The position numbers were made by a program, and so were the translations under genes. From positions 29,706 through 93,705 of the IMG/VR virus record IMGVR_UViG_3300005573_000073: a stretch of 64,000 bases of DNA. One strand, 5' to 3'. Shown in pieces: positions 50,886-59,046 of this stretch. Each line of letters starts with the position of its first letter. Within the stretch, counting starts at the first letter, position 1. Source of the stretch: a virus. Under the pieces are notes generated by a model, which saw only the letters and a program-made list of their open reading frames with translations, was not told the origin of the DNA and did not search any database.

Positions 50886-51091
50886 CTAAATATAAAAGTT
50901 TCTTTCTTCACAAGTTTTTTGAAGCATTTAGGACACAACCAATTATATTCAGAATAATGTTCATGCCTACCTTTCCTACGATAAATATCTTTAGAATAAC
51001 AACCGCAAATTAAACAGATAAATGCATCTTTGTTTTTTGGAGAAAAAGAAGAACAATGAATATATTCATAATCATCTTTTTTCATCATCAT
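50882..51091 (-). CDS. FxFR-tailed Zn-finger protein
   Basis: CLIC...LCPKCFKKLV; ends KKETFIFR. Confidence 0.75.
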   Translation of the reverse strand: MMMKKDDYEYIHCSSFSPKNKDAFICLICGCYSKDIYRRKGRHEHYSEYNWLCPKCFKKLVKKETFIFR

Positions 51092-51097
51092 TATTAA

Positions 51098-51502
51098 TCA
51101 CCTAAATATAAATGGGCTACTTTTTACTTTAACTTTTACTTCAAACTCTTTATCACAATTTCCACAATAATAAATAATTCCGATAATTTCTCCATGCTGA
51201 TTATACTTTAAGTTTCTTCCTTCTATGCCTTTATATATGCTTTGGCGACCACAAATTGGACATTTAACAACATCACGTTTAAGCGTTTTACTTTGAAAAA
51301 GAACACAGCAAAGAGCAAAAAACTTCTTTACAGTTATGTCGTATCTTTTGAATCCGTCTGGATTATTTGGGCATTTATAGTAAAGATTTCCATCTTTATA
51401 GAAAATCTGTTTTATAGAACAGTAATCACATAAAACTTTTTCTTTTGGTAAACCACGTGTTTTAGTGGAAAACACGTTTTTCTTTTCTATTTGTGTTGTC
51501 AT
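51098..51502 (-). CDS. FxFR-tailed Zn-finger protein
   Basis: CDYC, CPIC, CGNC; ends KVKSSPFIFR. Confidence 0.75.
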   Translation of the reverse strand: MTTQIEKKNVFSTKTRGLPKEKVLCDYCSIKQIFYKDGNLYYKCPNNPDGFKRYDITVKKFFALCCVLFQSKTLKRDVVKCPICGRQSIYKGIEGRNLKYNQHGEIIGIIYYCGNCDKEFEVKVKVKSSPFIFR

Positions 51503-51509
51503 TGTTTAA

Positions 51510-51806
51510 TCACCTAAAGATAAATTTTTCTTTCAGCTTTTTAAATGGAAAAGGATACCAAGCCATATTTTTCCAAACGAAAGTAAAAGCCCTTTCATCA
51601 ATCCATAACGGAACAAAAACGTTATGGCACATTTCACAATCATACCTTTTAGATTCCATTTTGCAAAAACTAAATATTTCATTTGGTAAACCATGTGGTC
51701 TAGTGAAAAACACATTGTCATGTAAATGGATACGTGTTGATTTGCAAGATGGACATTTTTTAATATTGCGAAACACAATTTTACTCATATAATCACCTAA
51801 ATACAA
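51510..51806 (-). CDS. FxFR-tailed Zn-finger protein
   Basis: CPSC...CEMC; ends KLKEKFIFR; likely start MSKIV. Confidence 0.75.
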   Translation of the reverse strand: MYLGDYMSKIVFRNIKKCPSCKSTRIHLHDNVFFTRPHGLPNEIFSFCKMESKRYDCEMCHNVFVPLWIDERAFTFVWKNMAWYPFPFKKLKEKFIFR

Positions 51807-52005
51807 AGTTTTGTTTAATGTTCATTCGTGAAGGACATTTTGGCGAAATTGGTAGAAATATTGCTTTGTGAAAACCACTTTCATGAAAACAACGTGGACA
51901 ATAACAAAAATCAATACATGAAATTCTTACCTTAATCTTACATTCACCATAACAATAGAAAACTTTACCACAACTATTACAAACACGTTTTAAACGTTTA
52001 TTCAT
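51793..52005 (-). CDS. FxFR-tailed Cys-rich protein
   Basis: CNSC...CYGEC...CYCPRC; ends IKQNFVFR. Confidence 0.75.
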   Translation of the reverse strand: MNKRLKRVCNSCGKVFYCYGECKIKVRISCIDFCYCPRCFHESGFHKAIFLPISPKCPSRMNIKQNFVFR

Positions 52006-52246
52006 TTTTTTTCACTTCCCTAAAAATAAAAGTTGTTTTCTCTTTCTCCATTCGTGGACATTTCTTTAATTCTTTAAGTGAAGAAGAAGCAAGATTAGGA
52101 AGAATATACTTATGAAAACAATCACTACAATAACAATGTGTTTGAAGTGAAATTCTTATTTTATTTTTACATTCACCATGACAATAAAATCTTCTTCCGC
52201 AATTAGTATTGCCACAAACACGTTCTAACAATTTATTCTTCGTCAA
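51998..52246 (-). CDS. Cys-rich paralogue with sub-terminal FIFR
   Basis: Paralogue of 51793-52005; ends TTFIFR-EVKKNE. Confidence 0.7.
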   Translation of the reverse strand: MTKNKLLERVCGNTNCGRRFYCHGECKNKIRISLQTHCYCSDCFHKYILPNLASSSLKELKKCPRMEKEKTTFIFREVKKNE

Positions 52247-52252
52247 TTTCCA

Positions 52253-52501
52253 TCACCTAAAAACAAACTTTACTTTTTCTCCTTTTCTCTTTAAAAACTT
52301 CAGAAAAGTTTTATGAACAATATTCTTTTCCAAATTATCATCTAACTTGTTTTCAGACCATATTAAAGACCATTTTGAAAAGCAATTGCGACAAAGATGA
52401 TAAGTTTTCCAATGTTTACAATCATTCCAATTATCATATATCTTAACCAATTCACCTTCTCTCGTTAGCATTTTACATCTATCACATTGTCGCATTTCCA
52501 A
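52253..52501 (-). CDS. FxFR-tailed Zn-finger protein (DNW subfamily)
   Basis: CDRC...YDNW...CRNC; ends GEKVKFVFR. Confidence 0.75.
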   Translation of the reverse strand: MEMRQCDRCKMLTREGELVKIYDNWNDCKHWKTYHLCRNCFSKWSLIWSENKLDDNLEKNIVHKTFLKFLKRKGEKVKFVFR

Positions 52502-53139
52502 TTCACTAAAAATATTAATGTCAAAACAACTATAAAAACCTTTCTAAAAATTACCATGAAATCTTTTATGCCTTCGCATTAACGTCCATCGCATTCAGCC
52601 CAAATTAGCCTTCTTTTTTAAAAAGAAACCCAAATTAACCTTCCCGCCAAAAAACAACCCGCAAAGTCCATTCAGAACAATTTTAAATAATTAGTTAAGC
52701 AGTTTTATCAACTTATATTTAAACTTTTTGCGAAAACTTTAAAACGGGTAAAACCAAAAAACTGTTAAACAATTCATTAAAATTATTAAACCATAAAAAA
52801 CTACCTCACCTCCGTCTTCCTTTCCTGTTTGCTTTCCCTTTTTAAATAATTACTTAAAATTTACCTACTCTTTAACTACTCCTTAACTACTCTTTAACTA
52901 ATTAACAAAAAAATATTTTTTTAATTTAAATAATTGTTGAAACCCCACAGAAAAACTACATAGAACCTCGCCCAGCAAAAAAATTTCCGAAAAAACTCAA
53001 AAAAATTTCGGAAAATTTCCAGAAAAAATCATGAAAAATTTTGGGAAAAAAATTATAAAAAATTTGCCAAGATTTTCAAAAAAATTCAAGAAAAACTTAA
53101 TTCAAAAATCAAAAATTTTCCAAGCAAAAAATAATAAAG

Positions 53140-53265
53140 AAAAATTTTAGAGGGCGGGGGAGTTGCGTGAGACGGATGCGTTGAACCAATGCAGTAAAAA
53201 GCTGTTCCATTGAATCTCGGCTAATGAAACGAAAGCATCGTGTTCAAAGGCTATCCGTCTCAAAA
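53140..53265 (-). ncRNA. Candidate small hairpin RNA B
   Basis: Own BRE-TATA at 53285-53302; perfect 10-bp closing stem (53168-53177 with 53253-53262) plus inner stems; same C-rich/oligo-T tail as RNA A. Confidence 0.45.
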
Positions 53266-53301
53266 AAGTTATTAGACAAACAACTATTTAAACTTTACGG
53301 T

Positions 53302-53763
53302 TTATCGAAATATAAACGTGTTACGTTCAAATTTTAATTCTTGTCCTTCAAGTGCAATTTTAATTACTATGTTATAAGCTGGAGATTCTAACTGTGTAAA
53401 GAAATTAAGAAGCTTATTTTTTATTTTCCGCATTTTTCCATGGTCATCTTCTAAATAAATTTCTTCACAGATAACAGCTACATTCTTGTTGTTATTATTG
53501 TCGAATTTTGGCATTTTAATAATGATTTTCTTTTGGTAACCATTATAATTAAGCAGGTTACTATAGTAGATTTCACCATGATAAACTACTTTTTGATTGT
53601 TCACAGTCATTTTTTTACATAGAGCAAAAATTTCACTGTAAAGAACAGCGTTAATGTTGGTGAATGGATAAGAAGGTGAAATATAAAATCTAAATTTTAC
53701 GTTTGAACAATCTGCTGTTGTTGCAGTCCATCTTGCGTTTTTTGCTGTTGACATTTTAATCAA
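53302..53763 (-). CDS. FxFR-tailed protein
   Basis: No CxxC; ends FERNTFIFR, coded TTT ATA TTT CGA TAA. Confidence 0.7.
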   Translation of the reverse strand: MIKMSTAKNARWTATTADCSNVKFRFYISPSYPFTNINAVLYSEIFALCKKMTVNNQKVVYHGEIYYSNLLNYNGYQKKIIIKMPKFDNNNNKNVAVICEEIYLEDDHGKMRKIKNKLLNFFTQLESPAYNIVIKIALEGQELKFERNTFIFR

Positions 53764-53838
53764 TTAAATAAAAGGGAAAGTCATATTTAAAGTTTTCGGT
53801 TCTAGAGGGTGGGGGAGTAAGTGCTTACGAGGGTTAAG

Positions 53839-54144
53839 TTACCGAACATAATCAAAATCGCTTTCAGGCAAATCTGGACTTTTCTCTTCTCTTTCTTCTT
53901 CTTCATTATCTGTTTTTTCAAAATGTTTAATTTCAATAATGTTTTTAAGCCATAAATCAATCATGAACTGTTTCAATTGGTGAAGATAATTATCGTCATC
54001 TTGTTCATCAACACTTTTTTTGTAAATGTTTGAAAGGAAAAATTGAATTGTAACATCATGCATTACTGTTTCTGGATGTCCTTTCTGTTGGATTTCTTTT
54101 TTAAGTTCACAACTTTCAATCCAATCGTCAAACTCATACTTCAT
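53839..54144 (-). CDS. Acidic hypothetical protein
   Basis: 101 aa, ends DFDYVR. Confidence 0.55.
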   Translation of the reverse strand: MKYEFDDWIESCELKKEIQQKGHPETVMHDVTIQFFLSNIYKKSVDEQDDDNYLHQLKQFMIDLWLKNIIEIKHFEKTDNEEEEREEKSPDLPESDFDYVR

Positions 54145-54231
54145 TACACATACACATCCAAAGAAAATAAAAGAATAATTGTATGTTTAAATCTTTTCTT
54201 AACGTTTAACTTCCAATATTTTAATCAACAA

Positions 54232-55230
54232 TTAATAATCAATCTTTATTCCATTTTGTTTTACAAAATCCAACAGTTCTTTTATTCCTAGTTTATTCAT
54301 GCAATAGTTGTAAAGGTCGGGATGTCGTTTTTGCATTATCTTGAAACGGGGAACTTCATCTTTTGTAATTCCGAACAAACAGAACATACATCCCGTTCTT
54401 GTTAATCCATCAGCATAGGCTTTAGAATAGGGAAGATTAAATTTATGAATATAATCCCAAACATCTTTTTCTGTCCAAAATCCAAGTGGAGTAGATTTCT
54501 CGCCTTTCTTACGTGTAAAAGTATTACATCCATATTTAAGATAATTTCTTTCTCGATTCCTAGAATCAGTCGCCATTTCTCCCGTAATTGGATGAAGTCC
54601 CGTTTGTTTTTCAAAAAGTTTAGCGGGATTTTTCTTTAAAATATCACAACACACATCAGAACATTTGTATTTTGAAGTTGCCAAAAATCGCCAACGTTTA
54701 GAAATATGTCCACCAGCTTTTCTCTCATTTGGATATTTTGCTATATGTATTTTATAATATTCCTCTCTCGTGGTTTTAGGATGTTCAACTAAATATTTCT
54801 TATATTCTTTCTCAAATGAAATTGGTTTCCCTTCCCAGCGAACCCGTCTTAAATAATCACTTTTTGTTGTTTGATATTCTTTGATGAATTTAGCTTGTTC
54901 TTTAGTCGGAATTGGAAATCCCTCTTCTTTGAGAACTTGATAAAAACTCTTTTTAGGTTTAACCCATTCAACGTTTGGTATTGTTTTTACGAAATCTCTA
55001 TTTTCGGGATGTTCTAATCCCGTGTCAATGAACATGGCTTTTACTTCTGGATACATGGAACGAACTAAATGAAGAACAACAGTTGAATCTTTTCCCCCAG
55101 AAATGCTAACGTAAACTTTACCATCAAGAACATCATAAAATTGTTTAACAGCATCTTGAGATAACTTGATTTTTTCATCGAGTGATAGAGATTGTCGCCG
55201 TTTTAATTCAACATAATCCATTAACATCAC
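54232..55230 (-). CDS. PAPS-reductase-family protein
   Basis: SISGGKDS PP-loop, DTGLE, CCDILKKNP, RTGCMFC. Confidence 0.85.
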   Translation of the reverse strand: MMLMDYVELKRRQSLSLDEKIKLSQDAVKQFYDVLDGKVYVSISGGKDSTVVLHLVRSMYPEVKAMFIDTGLEHPENRDFVKTIPNVEWVKPKKSFYQVLKEEGFPIPTKEQAKFIKEYQTTKSDYLRRVRWEGKPISFEKEYKKYLVEHPKTTREEYYKIHIAKYPNERKAGGHISKRWRFLATSKYKCSDVCCDILKKNPAKLFEKQTGLHPITGEMATDSRNRERNYLKYGCNTFTRKKGEKSTPLGFWTEKDVWDYIHKFNLPYSKAYADGLTRTGCMFCLFGITKDEVPRFKIMQKRHPDLYNYCMNKLGIKELLDFVKQNGIKIDY

Positions 55231-55238
55231 GACTTACT

Positions 55239-56873
55239 TTATAATACATAGTCATCTGCCAACTGATGTAATTGTCTTGCCAACATCTCTTTTTGGTTTT
55301 CATCATATCGAAGTTTTGGGTCATACCAGAGTCCTAAGATAAGAGATATGAATGGTTTGTAAACTTCTTCGGCACGTGTCGTTGTGTAAGTATCACATTT
55401 CTTATGAAGTATGTGGTCTGTATCGAAAGTAATATATGGATATGAAAATTCTACGAAAGTTTTTCCACCGTTAGGAACATGTGAAATAATGATATTAGTT
55501 CTAGCTCGTTTTCCTTTACCTCTACCCTTTTTCCTTTTAGGTTTACGAGGTTTGGAATTAGGATTGGAATTAAGATTAGGATTAGATGGTGGGCGTGGAA
55601 GTTGTTGATATTCAATATTCTTACTATGACATTGCGGACATTCTACAGTCAACGTGTAGGCATGCCATTTATATCCACATAAATTACATTTGAAGATATA
55701 CATATATCGTGGATGTGGTGGCGACCTTATAATTTCGCCATCTTCGCTTTCACCAACTTCTATTTCTTTTCCAAAGTTTTTAAACTTCTTAATCAATCGT
55801 TCAAGAATATTATTGGTTATTTTTTCGGCTGTTTTATCTTTCGTTCTTTCTTGACGAGATTTATATCTTTCCCTAATCTTTCCCTCAATCGGTTCACAAA
55901 ACATTTCACCAACGTCAGCAGTCACATCATCTTTATTGCCAACAATTCCTGTGCGAAATTCGATGGAATCCGTCATGTCCACTTCAACGATAACATCATC
56001 TCGCCGAACTCGTTGAGTTTTGACTTTGAATCCACTCACAAAAAAAACAGTATCACTAACATGAATGATATCGTCTCTTTTTAGGTTTTTGAAATGATCA
56101 CTTACACTTGTTCCTATATGAGCAATGCACGGAAATTTGAATCCTTTGCCATATATATCAAAATTTTCAATTCGTTGTGCATTATAAGTTGGAGCAGTTA
56201 ATTTGTCTTGTTTTTCTATTGTTAAACTGTTTGGTTTGTGAAGAATTAAATTCAAGTTTATTTCACCACGTCTTAAAGCAAGAGCAGAAAAATTCTGCAT
56301 TACTGTTTTTATACTATCATAGTCTGGATTTCTTGTCAAAATAAATTGTTGTGTTCCATGTTCTCCGATAGGCATCTTTTCCAGAAATGGTTTAACCCAA
56401 ATTGGTATATTTTGAGAAGAAGGAGAACATTGAAAAGCCTCTTTGCCTTCTTCTGACGTCAGAAGAAACGTGGCATATTTCTCATTTTCTCCGATTGCTT
56501 TTGTTCGTGTAAATAAGCATCGTGGTTCTTCAGCAGAAGCACTTAATCCAGACTTGCGACCACCTTCTCCAAAAATCCCAAGTTTTCCTTTTGGATTAAC
56601 ATGTTTATTAAGACGTGTTCTATAATCAAGCCAAAATTCGTCTTTTATACCATCGCTATCATCTGTAACATAAACTATAGAACGAGTTTCGTCAAATGGT
56701 ATAATACCAATTGTGATTGTTGGCTTTGCCAATTGTGGTTTGTATTCAGCAGAATTAACTACTGCTTCTTTAATGAAGTCTGTCGTTGTTCCTCTTAATT
56801 CTCGAATGATTTTCTTTATCCATCCTTTTCTGTCGGGTTCTACATCTTGCCATGCCATATTACTCAACTCCAA
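55239..56873 (-). CDS. GHKL (Hsp90/MORC-like) ATPase-domain protein with Zn ribbon
   Basis: KEAVVNS, DDSDGI, GIFGEG, HGT Bergerat-fold motifs; CNLC...CPQC. Confidence 0.7.
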   Translation of the reverse strand: MELSNMAWQDVEPDRKGWIKKIIRELRGTTTDFIKEAVVNSAEYKPQLAKPTITIGIIPFDETRSIVYVTDDSDGIKDEFWLDYRTRLNKHVNPKGKLGIFGEGGRKSGLSASAEEPRCLFTRTKAIGENEKYATFLLTSEEGKEAFQCSPSSQNIPIWVKPFLEKMPIGEHGTQQFILTRNPDYDSIKTVMQNFSALALRRGEINLNLILHKPNSLTIEKQDKLTAPTYNAQRIENFDIYGKGFKFPCIAHIGTSVSDHFKNLKRDDIIHVSDTVFFVSGFKVKTQRVRRDDVIVEVDMTDSIEFRTGIVGNKDDVTADVGEMFCEPIEGKIRERYKSRQERTKDKTAEKITNNILERLIKKFKNFGKEIEVGESEDGEIIRSPPHPRYMYIFKCNLCGYKWHAYTLTVECPQCHSKNIEYQQLPRPPSNPNLNSNPNSKPRKPKRKKGRGKGKRARTNIIISHVPNGGKTFVEFSYPYITFDTDHILHKKCDTYTTTRAEEVYKPFISLILGLWYDPKLRYDENQKEMLARQLHQLADDYVL

Positions 56874-57225
56874 AAAGCATTTTCTTTATTAACGGTTCAC
56901 CCTTTAGATAAGTTTGGACAGCTAACATTTTCTGCGTCATATCTAATCCGAACTTTGGAATCAAAAGCCACGGCAAACTACCTTTTCTTGGCACACCATA
57001 TTTATTATTCTTGCTCTCATTCCAATATGCTTCTGCTCGAATAGTTAATTTTTCTAACCATTCTTCTTTATTTCTTAATTTGATAGGTTCACTTACGCCC
57101 CTTTTACTGCAAACTTCTCTTACGCCTTGAACATTATGAAGATTCAGTTTTATATCTATCTCTTTCGGTTTCATTCCAGACTTCCGAAGTTCAACAATTT
57201 TTTGTTTAGTTTTTTCATCAAACAT
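56860..57225 (-). CDS. HTH-like protein
   Basis: KQKIVELRKSGMKPKEI... Confidence 0.5.
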   Translation of the reverse strand: MFDEKTKQKIVELRKSGMKPKEIDIKLNLHNVQGVREVCSKRGVSEPIKLRNKEEWLEKLTIRAEAYWNESKNNKYGVPRKGSLPWLLIPKFGLDMTQKMLAVQTYLKGEPLIKKMLFGVE

Positions 57226-57240
57226 TTTTTTCTCCCAGTC

Positions 57241-57447
57241 TTATTGTTTTTCCACCTTATTTACTTGCGGAATTCTTTCAGCATCTATTAATATCTGATA
57301 CATTTCATCAATCTCTTTCTTTGATAAACCCTTTTCGTAGGCAAAGTTGTTTATCGCAATTTTGTCTGTTTTACCATTTTTGCGATAACGTAATATTTGT
57401 TGACGTAACGCTTTCATGATTTTTTTACGTTTTTGATTTTTATTCAT
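57241..57447 (-). CDS. Small basic protein
   Basis: AGGTGA RBS; follows the promoter at 57487-57520. Confidence 0.55.
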   Translation of the reverse strand: MNKNQKRKKIMKALRQQILRYRKNGKTDKIAINNFAYEKGLSKKEIDEMYQILIDAERIPQVNKVEKQ

Positions 57448-57564
57448 TTTTATTCACCTGTTGTTAATTATAGTAAAACAAACTACTATATAAACTTTGC
57501 GGTTTTTTACCATGTAACCTTTTTCAAAAATATAAAAAATGGGTTTTATATAAAAAAGTATTAT

Positions 57565-57888
57565 TTAACGGAATTTTCTTTCGTATTCCCTCCAACGTTT
57601 CTCTTCAGGAGTTTCAGTATGCACGTGGTATATGCCTATTACTTCTACTTCACCATCACAGTTGTTATGTTTGCTTCTGTAGTCGCTAATTGTTTTATAA
57701 ACGTAGTCTCCTCTTTGAAACGTTGAGGATTTTTTAAAACCGCATTTTTTACATTGTAACATGACAACCATTTCCCATAATTTAAACGGATCATAAACTG
57801 CAACTGTTTTATTTCTTTTTTTCAGCATTAAAAGTAAAAATATAAAATAGAAAAAAGCGAAAATTAACAATGTTTCTCCTAAATCCAT
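57565..57888 (-). CDS. Membrane-anchored Zn-ribbon protein of a type seen in archaea
   Basis: N-terminal TM; CKKCG...FQRGDYVYK...C...VIGIY. Confidence 0.6.
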   Translation of the reverse strand: MDLGETLLIFAFFYFIFLLLMLKKRNKTVAVYDPFKLWEMVVMLQCKKCGFKKSSTFQRGDYVYKTISDYRSKHNNCDGEVEVIGIYHVHTETPEEKRWREYERKFR

Positions 57889-58128
57889 TCATTCACCTCC
57901 GTCCTTTTCTGTTTTTACTTTTCGTTCCCAATCTGTTAAGTTCCAAATTCTATCATTTATAAATCCTAACATGAAACATACAACTTCAAACAATACGGCT
58001 AAACCAAATGAAAGGTGAGATTCAACACCGAAAAGCATTAAAACAATCATGTCGAATATGATTTCTAAAATTTTAGCTGTTAATCCTTTAAGTAAACTTC
58101 TTTTTTTACTTTCGTTTATTTTTGGCAT
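57889..58128 (-). CDS. DUF2061-like membrane protein
   Basis: ESKKRSLLKGLT...INDRIWN..DW. Confidence 0.6.
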   Translation of the reverse strand: MPKINESKKRSLLKGLTAKILEIIFDMIVLMLFGVESHLSFGLAVLFEVVCFMLGFINDRIWNLTDWERKVKTEKDGGE

Positions 58129-58660
58129 TTAAACTCTTCCATTTTGCATATTCACTTAATATTTCGTTTATTGTAACAGGATAAAAATTCCACACGTCAA
58201 CACCAACATTAATAAAATCAATTGAAAACAATATTTTTTTACCTTTAGAATTAAACGTGTCAATTGTTTTAAAACGCCAATGTTGATGAATATGACCGCA
58301 AAAAACAACGTCAACATCAGAATATCCAACATCTTCTGGTCTATGAACTAAAAGTATATTTTTACCTCCAAGATGAATACGAATATCTTCAATGCAAGTT
58401 TTAACATTATTAGAATTATCATGGTTGCCTTTAATAAGTATTAACTGTCCGTTTAATTGTTTTCGGTAATAATCAAAGTTTCCCTCTCCTTTAAAACAGA
58501 AATCGCCAAGATGAAACACCACGTCTTCGGGTTTAACTCTGGAATTCCAATTTTGAATTAATCGATAATCGTGTTCTTTAATGTTTTTAAATTTACGTTT
58601 ACAATAATACAAAATTTTAGAGTGTCCGAAATGAGTGTCCGCTGTGAACCAGTAGGTCAT
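58106..58660 (-). CDS. Calcineurin-like metallophosphoesterase
   Basis: DTHFGH, LGDF, GNHD, H, GHIH, NVGVD. Confidence 0.9.
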   Translation of the reverse strand: MTYWFTADTHFGHSKILYYCKRKFKNIKEHDYRLIQNWNSRVKPEDVVFHLGDFCFKGEGNFDYYRKQLNGQLILIKGNHDNSNNVKTCIEDIRIHLGGKNILLVHRPEDVGYSDVDVVFCGHIHQHWRFKTIDTFNSKGKKILFSIDFINVGVDVWNFYPVTINEILSEYAKWKSLNAKNKRK

Positions 58661-59046
58661 TTTTTATCTCCTTCATAAATAATAGCATCTTCTTCTTCAA
58701 CACAGTTTGGACAGATCCATAAGTGAATTGTCTCGTATTGATGGAAAAGTAACCGTTTAAAATCTCGCAGTCGCAAATAAATATACTTGTATAATGGAAT
58801 ACAACGTTTAATCTTGTATTTTCCATCTTCCTCAACTAGTTCATAGCCAACCCAGTCTCCTATTCCCTTCTTGTATTCTTGATGCCATGCTTTTGTCAGC
58901 ATTTCAACACGTTCTTCACGATATGGGTATATTCCGTCAAACCAGAATATTATTGTTGCTTCATATTCAACGTCAAATTTTTTGCCACAGATTGCACATG
59001 TTTCAGTATTTTTAAACTTGTATGTTTTTGTTTGACTAGTCCACAT
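58657..59046 (-). CDS. Zn-binding hypothetical protein
   Basis: CAIC...CPNC. Confidence 0.55.
   Translation of the reverse strand: MWTSQTKTYKFKNTETCAICGKKFDVEYEATIIFWFDGIYPYREERVEMLTKAWHQEYKKGIGDWVGYELVEEDGKYKIKRCIPLYKYIYLRLRDFKRLLFHQYETIHLWICPNCVEEEDAIIYEGDKK

Noticed and set aside
40015-53763. FxFR explained purely as a DNA signal (T-rich terminator plus AGGTGA RBS, or a cassette recombination site)
   Set aside because: Only 7 of 15 copies use AGG TGA. Others use AGA or CGA with different stops, and variation is confined to synonymous or I/V changes in frame. RBS overlap may contribute but cannot account for the whole motif.
45928-57888. Proteins ending HYVR (45928), DYVR (53839) and RKFR (57565) as FxFR members
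   Set aside because: The aromatic register or the -4 Phe does not match, and two have signal or membrane segments. Left out of the count.
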